This document shows positions 10,442-19,019 of a stretch of 64,000 nt of DNA, piece after piece. The stretch's first letter is position 1, and each line of letters starts with the position of its first letter. Origin of the DNA: an uncultured Alphaproteobacteria bacterium (lineage in GTDB: Bacteria; Pseudomonadota; Alphaproteobacteria; JALCBB01); NCBI GenBank assembly GCA_958267355.1, contig OY279575.1:540335-604334 (forward strand), in the 5' to 3' direction. Position numbers and translations under genes: made by a program. The notes below the pieces were generated by a model, which worked only from the letters and a program-made list of their open reading frames with translations, had not been told where the DNA came from and ran no database searches.

Positions 10442-11365
10442 CTATCTATCGCGGTTTCTTTTGTGGGCAAGAATGTTCAGCTTTTCTCGGTAGATTGCAA
10501 CAGAGTGATCTTTAAGAAACTTTTTTATCGTTTTTCCTTTTATAAAGATTGCAAGACGCCTTTCCCACGAAACCTTGTAGGTTAACTCTACTTCATCATA
10601 TCGGTTTGGCTTGCAGCTGGTTAAAAATCTTTCGTCTCCGACATGGAAGTAATCTTCAAAGTGGCCGAGATATTTCACAAACTTTCCGACAACAGGAACC
10701 AGCCCTAAGCAAAATTTTATTTTCTGCATCGTCTCCTTGCCAGGAGGTAACATCGTCACGCAATCAATTGCATTGACAACTCTGTAAATCGGCGTCTTGA
10801 TGGCGTACGACCAAGCTTCGTCTCCCACGCGTGGAGCTCCAAAGGTATAGCAAGCGGCAACGCCGCCTTGATGGTTTAATCTTTTTGCGGCGATCGTGGC
10901 TAAAGCTCCGCCTATGCCGTGTCCTGTTATCAATAGGGGCTTGTGGGCAAATGGCTCTTTGTTCAGGCTCGTTTGAATTGCGCTGGCAATTTGTTCGTAG
11001 GCTTCTTTAAAGCCAGCATGCACGCCGCCATTGGTTTCGCAGGAAACTTTGCGAGCGTTTGCTTCTGTTTTTATATCTTTGAAGCGTTTGGCTTTGTGTC
11101 CTTTGAATGCGAGTATTAGTAAGGTGTTGTTTGAAACGAGCAGGGCTTCGGTTCCGTTGGTATCGTATTTTTGTTCTACGGATAGTCCGATCTTTTCGAT
11201 TTCGGCATCTACTTCGTCAAAAGGCATGTAGGCAAGCTCGGACAGGTGCGCCATTAGCCAAGCGATGCGGTCGCTATATCCTTGCCGATAGGTTGGGAGC
11301 TGGTTGCTTTGGATATAATCCACCAGCAGGGCTTTTTTATCTTCGCTACTTGAAGGCTTGCTCAT
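10442..11365 (-). CDS. class-3 (fungal-type) lipase family protein
   Basis: Nucleophile-elbow pentapeptide GHGIG (in ITGHGIGGALA), Lipase_3-like context, AT-rich codon usage. Start at ATG 11365 (MSKPSSSEDKK). Confidence 0.75.
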   Translation of the reverse strand: MSKPSSSEDKKALLVDYIQSNQLPTYRQGYSDRIAWLMAHLSELAYMPFDEVDAEIEKIGLSVEQKYDTNGTEALLVSNNTLLILAFKGHKAKRFKDIKTEANARKVSCETNGGVHAGFKEAYEQIASAIQTSLNKEPFAHKPLLITGHGIGGALATIAAKRLNHQGGVAACYTFGAPRVGDEAWSYAIKTPIYRVVNAIDCVTMLPPGKETMQKIKFCLGLVPVVGKFVKYLGHFEDYFHVGDERFLTSCKPNRYDEVELTYKVSWERRLAIFIKGKTIKKFLKDHSVAIYREKLNILAHKRNRDR

Positions 11366-11461
11366 GGTTCTGACTTCCTTGAGACTTGTTCCGTGCGGAG
11401 TGCATTCTACCACAGCGTGAAGGCGTGGCAGTTGCAGGGGCGAAACGTGTCGGCTGTTCTT

Positions 11462-14260
11462 CTACCTGCGGGTTTTGAAGGGGATATAAAGCCCACCTGC
11501 TACGCCATGGGCGGTTTTGCCTCGCTCAATGGAGCCACAGCTAGAGCTTGCGTAGCAGACTTTGCCTCCTGCGAAGTGGGCGGCATAGCCCGACAGGGTG
11601 AAACGGGTGCCTTGAGCCGTGGAGAAGCCTAAAGCCGCCTGTACACCCCGCTCGGTGCCTGTGAGCGAGCGTAAAAGCGAGCCTGTGCCATGAACCGAAG
11701 CCTGTGTTTGCCAGGCGGTCAGGCTGACTTGCGACACGGGGCGTAGTGTGGCGGTGAAGCGCAGGTTTTCGCTACGGGCGAAGGAAAAGCCTTGGCTTCC
11801 CTGCGAGCCGAAGAAGCCATCGGAAGAAAAGCGTGTGGCGGCGACTTGCCAGCGGATTCCTGCGTGATGACCTGCAATAGCGGCTCCGCTTTCGCCTGTC
11901 TTCTCGGAGACCAAGCCGAGCCGTGTTTTGTCCTGCTTTGTGCCAGTGAGCGGCAGAAAAGCCCGCGCCGAAGGCGGAGTCGGCGCATACGCCACCTGTC
12001 CCTGCGGATTGTAGCCAAAGAAGCGGCTTTCGCCTTCGGGTGCAATTGCCAACTTGCCGTTGCTCTGGGCGGGTAGGGAGAGTCCGCCGAACTGCCGCCC
12101 ATAGAAAGCACTCAAAAAGCGAGTTGCGACTCCGCTTGCCCCCGCAGGAGCTGACCGAGTCGCCTTAGCCACTTCTTTTGCGGTTTCGTCTGCGGCACAC
12201 CACAAATCAAATCGCCCACGGCCTGTGTCTTTGTCTAGCCCGACGGCTCCGATATCCACGGAGCATTTATCAAAGATTGCCATAGCATCGCTGGCGGTGG
12301 CGGAAGCGGGCAGGTGTTCCCAGATCATGGTAAAGGCAGAAATGGCACCGCTAGAAGACGAGAAAGAAGTGCCGCCATGAAATTCGCTATTGTCTTTCGC
12401 GTTCATTAGCTTGTAGCGGTAGGGAAAGCCCACGCACCATTTTTCTACGCCTTCACAGCCGTTTGCCCTGTATCTTCCTCTATGGTCTTCTGTGAGTCCG
12501 TAGATGAATCGCACCCGCTCGCTTGTGTCGGCGATATACTTTTGGTTACGCATACCGCCTTGCATATAGGTATCGTCTTGGTCGGGAGAGTCTAGGTTAC
12601 TATTTCCTGTGCCTACGAAGATATAGGGGCCAGCGGGTTGGTTGGTGTTGGTGTTAAAAATATCTCCGAGCTGAATTCCGTGCTTTGAGAAGATGCGGGC
12701 AGTGGCAATGGAGACAACGCCATCGGTGGGTAACGCATTATAGAGTGGCGGTATGTTGTAGGTTGAAAAATTGCCGACTCTATACCGCCCACTGAGTCCG
12801 TCGTTTGCGTCTTTTGGCAGGAGTCGTTTTGCTAGGTTGGTGACTTGATATCCGTGGGTGGTTTTTGTCGCGGGGTTTGGAATGGGACTGTAATAGAAGT
12901 TTTGCCGAGAGATATCTTCGTGATCATGGAAGCTCACATTCAATCCGCCGTTATCCATAATGAAGATACCGCTACGCTTGGTGCGCTGTGCCTTTGTAAG
13001 CCCGTGGTCGCGGAAGACTTGAGCCAGACAGCTTTCTTCATTGCCGTTTAGGTTTTCGCCGATTTGGCAGGTAACGGTTTTGTATCCTTCGGTTCTTTCT
13101 GCGGCACACCAGAGGTCAAACCGCCCGCGGCCTGTGCTTTCGTCTAATCCTGTTGTGCCGAGATCTACGGCACAGCTATCAAAAATTGACATTGCATCGC
13201 TGGCGGTGGCGGAAGCGGGCAGGTGTTCCCAAATCATCGTAAAGGCGGTAAGGGCTCCGCTTGAGGTGGAGATAGAAGAGCCACCAAAAGTCCTTCCCTT
13301 GACCTTGTACTCATCAGGAAAGCCCACGCACCATTTTTCTACGCCCTTGCATCCGTTGGTTCTGGATCGTGCTGTTTGTGCTTGGTTGAGTCCATAGATG
13401 AAGCGCACCCTGTCGCTTCGCATGGCGACGAGTTCTTGATTGCGTATTCCGACTCCTGAGCGTGTGTAGCCGTTATCTTGGTCAGGAGTCATAACACTGC
13501 CATTATTTCCTGTCGGAGCAAAAATGTAAGGCCCCATAGCTTGTTTTGTGACGCTGTCAAAAACATCGGCGACTCCGATACCGCTTCGTTGGAAAAGCAA
13601 ACCATAGGCAATGGCAACTGCACCATTCGTGGGCAGGTTATTGTAAACCACTCGGAACTGGGCTGAAGATGGCGTAGAAGAAGTTATGTAATGCCCCTTG
13701 AAGCCTTTTGTGGCTGGGCTACGACTATCTTTAGGAAGCAACGCATCGGCAACTGTGGTGACTTGGTGTGCGTGAAGATTTGAAGCTGGATTGCTAACAA
13801 TTTGATCGCTGGTTTGAACATCCGTTTTAACACCAAGGAGCGTTTCCGTGTATGTATTTTGAGTGCCTTGACTTGGGTTTCCGCCATTGTCAACGAGGAA
13901 AATATTGTCGCGCTTGGTGCGTGTGAGTTTTCGCCCTTCGCGGAAAGTGCGCGTGAGGCAACTTTCTGTGCCTGTGTCTAAGTCTTGTCCGTTTTGACAA
14001 GCCAGGACTTGCGCCTGTGTAAGTGCCACAGGCGTGCCCACACCCGTGCCAGGCGTAGGAGGCGTAACCACAGGCGGGTCTTGTGGGTCAGGGTCAGGGT
14101 CTGGGTCTGGGTCAGGCTGGGTAACAGGCGCACCGCCACCACCACCGCCGCCACCGCCACCTCCACCACAGGCAACAAGCGGCACAGTAAGTAGCAAAGA
14201 AAGCAACAAGACAACAAAAACACAGAAACCCCGCACGGAAACAAGCCCCGCCCCACTCAT
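11462..14260 (-). CDS. lipoprotein with two tandem S8 (subtilase)-like domains and autotransporter-like C-terminal region
   Basis: Lipobox LVAC followed by a G12 tract and PDPDPDPDPDPQDP linker. Two ~275-aa tandem repeats each carry D (F[L/I][VM]DNGG), H (HAHQV / HGYQV) and S (GSSISTSSG / GTSFSSSSG) subtilase-like motifs. C-terminal ~250 aa show an alternating beta-strand pattern like an autotransporter beta domain. Confidence 0.6.
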   Translation of the reverse strand: MSGAGLVSVRGFCVFVVLLLSLLLTVPLVACGGGGGGGGGGGGAPVTQPDPDPDPDPDPQDPPVVTPPTPGTGVGTPVALTQAQVLACQNGQDLDTGTESCLTRTFREGRKLTRTKRDNIFLVDNGGNPSQGTQNTYTETLLGVKTDVQTSDQIVSNPASNLHAHQVTTVADALLPKDSRSPATKGFKGHYITSSTPSSAQFRVVYNNLPTNGAVAIAYGLLFQRSGIGVADVFDSVTKQAMGPYIFAPTGNNGSVMTPDQDNGYTRSGVGIRNQELVAMRSDRVRFIYGLNQAQTARSRTNGCKGVEKWCVGFPDEYKVKGRTFGGSSISTSSGALTAFTMIWEHLPASATASDAMSIFDSCAVDLGTTGLDESTGRGRFDLWCAAERTEGYKTVTCQIGENLNGNEESCLAQVFRDHGLTKAQRTKRSGIFIMDNGGLNVSFHDHEDISRQNFYYSPIPNPATKTTHGYQVTNLAKRLLPKDANDGLSGRYRVGNFSTYNIPPLYNALPTDGVVSIATARIFSKHGIQLGDIFNTNTNQPAGPYIFVGTGNSNLDSPDQDDTYMQGGMRNQKYIADTSERVRFIYGLTEDHRGRYRANGCEGVEKWCVGFPYRYKLMNAKDNSEFHGGTSFSSSSGAISAFTMIWEHLPASATASDAMAIFDKCSVDIGAVGLDKDTGRGRFDLWCAADETAKEVAKATRSAPAGASGVATRFLSAFYGRQFGGLSLPAQSNGKLAIAPEGESRFFGYNPQGQVAYAPTPPSARAFLPLTGTKQDKTRLGLVSEKTGESGAAIAGHHAGIRWQVAATRFSSDGFFGSQGSQGFSFARSENLRFTATLRPVSQVSLTAWQTQASVHGTGSLLRSLTGTERGVQAALGFSTAQGTRFTLSGYAAHFAGGKVCYASSSCGSIERGKTAHGVAGGLYIPFKTRR

Positions 14261-14481
14261 CCAGCGATTGCCTTCTAGTTGCACGGATTATCCTCCACCA
14301 CCAACCCAATAATAGCCCATCCTACACCCCCACAGAACAAGCCTGTAATAATCGCAAGCAAACCCAAAGTGGGTTATATTAAGTCCCAGCGGAGGCATTA
14401 GCCAACGTTAATGCGGTGACGCACACCGCCACTTCGTGGTGGCGCACGTCGCCGCTCAGCGGTGGCTGACGCCACCGCTTC

Positions 14482-14567
14482 GCGGTTGTGGCGGAATGGT
14501 AGACGCGCAGCGTTGAGGGCGCTGTGGAGGCAACTCCGTGGAGGTTCAAGTCCTCTCAACCGCACCA
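14482..14567 (+). tRNA. tRNA-Leu (anticodon GAG)
   Basis: Acceptor GCGGTTG/CAACCGC, anticodon loop tTGAGgg, long variable arm, T-arm GGTTCAAGTCC, encoded CCA. Confidence 0.85.
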
Positions 14568-15706
14568 TTGTTACGGCGGCTTGCGCCGCCTTTGGGCGCA
14601 TCTGGCTTGCTATCCGCGTCCTACGGACGCGATACGCAAGACCACCTGCGCCTGTGGGCAGTTCCACCACCCTTGTTCTTCACGGGCGTTTCACGCCCTA
14701 CTTAAACAAACGGGCTTCACAAACTTCATACTTACCGTTCGGCCCGCTGGCTAAAACGCCAGCGGGCACTTTGGCGTGTTGTTACATCCGCTCGCGTTCG
14801 TGCCCTACGGGCACTCGGTGGCTAAAGCCGCCACTTCGTGGTGGGTCTTCATCTCTAAAGTCGGGAAAGGGCAAGCCGCTATTTCCCCGTCTTCGTCTTA
14901 CTGGTGGGTTAAGCCTTTATAGGGCTTCATCTCAAAGTTAATCTGTGCCTTCCCCATCTTTACAGTACCCTGATTTCTAAGCCGCAGAAAAATGGGTAAG
15001 TGTTGGGCTTTCTCGCAACATTTTTTACGCACGCTTGCGCGGGCTTTGGGCGCATCTGGCTTGCTATCCGCGTCCTACGGACGCGATACGCAAGACCACC
15101 TGCGCCTGTGGGCAGTTCCACCACCCTTGTTCTTCACGGGCGTTTCACGCCCTACTTAACTGACGGGCTTCACAAGCTTCACACATACCGTATGTCCCGC
15201 TGGCTAAAACGCCAGCGGGACACTTGGCAGTGCGGCATTCGTGCCAGCCCTTGTTTCCCCCACCAGCTGTTAAGCCCCATAGTTTTAGTGACGGGTTAAT
15301 TGAGCCGATACCCCTTGCGGGGGGAGCGTGAGATTAGGGGGATTAACTGGCTCCCGTTATGGAGATGAAGACGGGAGAAGTAGCGGCTTGCCCCTTTGCG
15401 GGGGGAGCGTGAGATTAGTGGGATTAACTGGCTCCCGTTATGGAGATGAAGACCCACCGAGCACCCGTAGGGTGCGAACGCGAGCGTAGCGGAGTGAAAC
15501 GAGCGGAGCGAAGCGGACACCGCGTAGCGGCGGCTTTAGCCACCGCGAAGCATCTTGCGCGTAGCGCAAGGCTTCGCGGCACTAGGCGGCGTAAGCCGCC
15601 GTAACTTAAACAGTGAGAGAAAGTCCGCCCCTAACCCCTTTTTCTGCGGCTCAGAAATCAGGGTAGTAAGAAGACAGGAGGATAACGGCTTACTCGCGGG
15701 TTAGAT
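14568..15706. repeat. repeat-rich non-coding region (right flank of island), direct and inverted repeat mosaic
   Basis: A ~117-bp perfect direct repeat at 14589-14705 and 15044-15160, extending with mismatches to about 200 bp. Inverted copies of 9953-10441 elements. Palindromic pairs at 14795-14860 versus 15455-15500. Six-frame ORFs here are not protein-like. Confidence 0.8.
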
Positions 15707-16321
15707 TCAAGCAGTCTTGCGGACATAAGCGCGGGAGCGGTGTTCAGGGCAGTAGGGACTGTCTTCAGTCGCTGGCGATCCGCAAAAGTGAAAATCAGGA
15801 GTCTTCGGAGTACCCATCGGCCATTGACACGGCCTGCCACCAGTCCGCACAACAGGCACCTGCTCCGCACCAGACTTCTTCGCCACAGAAGCACTAGAAG
15901 CACCACCAGAAGCACCACCAGAAACCCGCGGACGAAACGCCGCCACTTCCTGACCACCCTTGCCACCAGTGCCACCAGCACCACCAGCTCCAGCCTTAGC
16001 CTTCGCGCCACTCGCACCACCACGAGCATTACGTAAGCTCTGCTCCGCTTCTTGAGCGCGAAGCGAAACCCATTCCTCGCCCGCCGCCCTAGCGTTGCTG
16101 CCATGGGAATCACCCCCACGCCTGCTAGGAGGACTCAAAGCCACTCCAGCCCCAGCACTGCCCCCCGTGTTGCCAGGCACAGCCCGCGCCAAGCCCAAAC
16201 GATGCGCCTTGCCAATCACCGCATTCTTGCTATATCCCAAACGCTCGCCAATCTGGCTCGTGGTCAAACCACTGCCCCAGAGCTCCTTGAGTTCAGAAAC
16301 TTTTTCTTCAGTCCAAGCCAT
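15707..16321 (-). CDS. gcrA: cell-cycle transcriptional regulator GcrA
   Basis: N-terminus MAWTEEKVSELKELWGSGLTTSQIGERLG, Gly/Ala-rich linker, C-terminus CQWPMG...FHFCG...YCPEHR. Start at ATG 16321. Confidence 0.88.
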   Translation of the reverse strand: MAWTEEKVSELKELWGSGLTTSQIGERLGYSKNAVIGKAHRLGLARAVPGNTGGSAGAGVALSPPSRRGGDSHGSNARAAGEEWVSLRAQEAEQSLRNARGGASGAKAKAGAGGAGGTGGKGGQEVAAFRPRVSGGASGGASSASVAKKSGAEQVPVVRTGGRPCQWPMGTPKTPDFHFCGSPATEDSPYCPEHRSRAYVRKTA

Positions 16322-16613
16322 AGTCAGGTCTCTCCAATATCTAGTGCCAGCGATACCTTCGCTGACCAAGTATAGAAGCGATTCGCCACAGCGCATCACA
16401 ACAGCACAACATATTGGGGGAAATCTAACGAATTCCCCAAAAGAGTTTTCTCCCCGTTCCACAAACTGTGGAAAGTCATCCAGTAAATGAACCACCACCA
16501 GCCAAAATAAAACAAAACACGAATCAAATCCTACAAAAACAAATTCACAAACCACAATAAACACCGAAAATATATAAACTTTCAGATTCTTCTTAGATTA
16601 TTACCAGATTCTT

Positions 16614-17930
16614 CTAAGAAATCCGCCGCGAACCCTCGCGCACAAGCTTTTCCAACGCCTCACGCAAGCCAGAAGCAGGAAAACCCTTCAAAATCATATC
16701 CGCTTCAGCCAATAAGCCACTCGCCTCCCCACGAACCATATCACCCACCCCATGCCGCACCAGCAAAGCTTGAGCTAGCTTTAAATTGTCCTTCATAGAC
16801 GCTGTATTGCTCCGTGAAGGCGATTCGTTTGATTCAGGGTGTTGTGGTGCATCTTCGCCACTTTGCTCGCCCACAGCGGCTTTCTGGAAGGCTTTGTGAG
16901 TGGCTTTCTGGATGGCTTTATGGGGGGCTTTGTGAGTGGCTTTCTGGTGGGCTTCGTGAGTGGCTTTATGGGTAGCTTTGTGAGCGGCTTTCTGACCTTC
17001 GCCTGATTGCTCGCCTTCATCGCTTCGCTCACCCCCGCTGGCTCGCCCAATCGCCACAGAATCCGCCAACACAGGGCTATTTCCCTGATTGCTCTCCTCC
17101 ACCAGAACCCGATGCCAAAAAGCCCGCTCAGAATCATCTCCCGCCTGCCACGCAAGCCACACAGGCAAAGTCATCCGCCCATCACGCAAGTCATCGCCCG
17201 CCGCCTTGCCCGTAACCGCACTTCCGCCTTCGTAATCAAGCAAATCATCCACCATCTGGAAGGCAAGCCCAATCGCTTGCCCAAATTCCGCCATCGCCGC
17301 CCGCTTGCTACCCACAGGCGGCTCAGCCAAGTTTTCAGGCTCCACCAAACAAGCCCCCGCTTCACAAGCCGCCGAGAATAAAGCCGCAGTCTTACCCTCC
17401 ATCACGGCAATGATTTCAGCCCGCGTCAGGTCGGTGCGGCGGGTTGTCCGTAGCCCCAGCATCTCACCTTCAGACACAGTAATCGCCGCCCGCGCCAAAA
17501 CCTGCAACGCCGACGGACAGCCAACTTCAACAATCAAACCAAATGCCCGTCCAAGCAAAAAATCACCCGTCAAAACACTCGCCTTGTTGCCCCAGACAAC
17601 ATTGGCGGCAGGCTGTCCGCGGCGGAGCGCACCCAGATCCACCACATCATCGTGCAGTAAAGTCGCAGAGTGCATAAGCTCCACAGCCGCCGCCAGCTTG
17701 TGCGCCTTAGGTAGCTCGTCAGGCGGAGTCCCACACAAGTGCGCCGCCGCACAAGTCAGCAACGGACGTAACCGCTTGCCCTCCGCGTCTAGCAGGTGTC
17801 CCGCAATTTCAGACACCAGCGGCACATGCGAAGCTACCTGCTGGCGCAAAATGTCAGCCACGGCTTCAGTATCAGGGGCAAGCCGCTCGGCAAGTCCTGC
17901 GGTGTTGCGGATTGTTTGCGGGTTCTGCAT
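16614..17930 (-). CDS. ispB: polyprenyl diphosphate synthase (IspB-like) with in-frame repeat insertion
   Basis: First aspartate-rich motif LLHDDVVD, second DDxxD motif FQMVDDLLD, and the substrate-binding Lys-Arg-Leu-Arg motif EGKRLRP. About 90-aa low-complexity insertion (HKATHKATHEAHQKATHKAPHK...) encoded by tandem ~30-bp repeats at 16880-17000. Confidence 0.82.
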   Translation of the reverse strand: MQNPQTIRNTAGLAERLAPDTEAVADILRQQVASHVPLVSEIAGHLLDAEGKRLRPLLTCAAAHLCGTPPDELPKAHKLAAAVELMHSATLLHDDVVDLGALRRGQPAANVVWGNKASVLTGDFLLGRAFGLIVEVGCPSALQVLARAAITVSEGEMLGLRTTRRTDLTRAEIIAVMEGKTAALFSAACEAGACLVEPENLAEPPVGSKRAAMAEFGQAIGLAFQMVDDLLDYEGGSAVTGKAAGDDLRDGRMTLPVWLAWQAGDDSERAFWHRVLVEESNQGNSPVLADSVAIGRASGGERSDEGEQSGEGQKAAHKATHKATHEAHQKATHKAPHKAIQKATHKAFQKAAVGEQSGEDAPQHPESNESPSRSNTASMKDNLKLAQALLVRHGVGDMVRGEASGLLAEADMILKGFPASGLREALEKLVREGSRRIS

Positions 17931-18092
17931 AAGATATAGGGCAGGAGATATAGGGCAGGGCTGGCAGTGTGATTCGGTACGATTCAGTGCGACTCAGTGT
18001 GGCAATCGCTCGCTTCAATCCGTGGTAAGACTAGCGGAAATAGACCACACACAGACTAGCCTAAACCCACAAGAACTAGGGATAAACAAACC

Positions 18093-19019
18093 GTGGCAGA
18101 AGTCGCCAAGCCAGTAGGCACCTTTCAGGAGATGATCTTCCGCCTAGAGCAATTCTGGGCAGGGCACGGCTGTGTGGTCTTGCGTGGCTACGACAAAGAA
18201 ATGGGGGCAGGGACTTTTCATCCCGCAACTGCGCTTTATGCTTTGGGGCCGTACAATCCGTGGCGTTGTGCTTATGTTCAGCCGTCTCGCCGTCCGACCG
18301 ATGGGCGGTATGGAGAAAATCCGCATCGCCTACAACGCTACTATCAGTTTCAGGTCTTGCTAAAGCCCGCTCCTGAAGACTCGCGAGAGCTTTACGAAGC
18401 AAGCCTAGCGTATCTTGGCTTAGATAAACGCCGCCACGATTTTCAATACGCCGAAGACGATTGGGAGAGTCCAACTCTGGGGGCTACAGGGCTTGGCTGG
18501 GAAGTCCGTTGCGATGGGCTAGAAATCACCCAGTTCACCTACTTTCAAAAGATGGGCGGGATTGAATGTAATCCGCCATCGGTAGAGCTTACCTACGGAC
18601 TAGAGCGTATCGCCAGCATTGTGCAAGAACGCGATAGCGTTTATGACCTAGCGTGGAACAAAGACTTCACCTATGGCGAAGTTCATCACCAAGTGGAAAT
18701 AGACTTCAGCAAGTACAACTTTGAACAGGCTGACCTAGAAGCCTTACGCCACGACTTTGACCAAGCCGAAGCCAGCGTCAAGCAGATGCTAGACAGGTTT
18801 GACTCAGCCGAAGCCGAATTCGCCGAAGTGCTAAGGGGTGAAGCTGTGCTAGCGGCTTACGACAAGTGCCTTGAAGCTTCGCATCTGTTTAATCTTCTTG
18901 ACGCACGGGGCGCGATATCTCCACAGGTAAGGCAGGAGATGATCTTGCGCGTGCGCAAGCTTGTCACGCGGGTTTGCCAAGCCTGGAAGGGTCAAGTAGG
19001 AGCACAAGACAATGGCTGA
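18093..19019 (+). CDS. glyQ: glycine--tRNA ligase alpha subunit
   Basis: [18 protein letters not shown]...[21 protein letters not shown]...YYQFQV, conserved across the protein. Confidence 0.95.
   Translation: [308 protein letters not shown]

Noticed and set aside
14462-15299. ORFs 14462..14941 and 15000..15299 sharing FGRIWLAIRVLRTRYARPPAPVGSSTTLVLHGRFTPYL
   Set aside because: They overlap a tRNA gene and the duplicated 117-bp repeat module. Their identity is due to the DNA repeat, and the composition is not protein-like.
15658-16564. Antisense or extended ORFs around gcrA (15658..16119 -, 15740..16036 +, and the N-terminal 81-aa extension of 15707..16564)
   Set aside because: The GcrA homology begins at ATG 16321. 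The others are out-of-frame or antisense high-GC artefacts.
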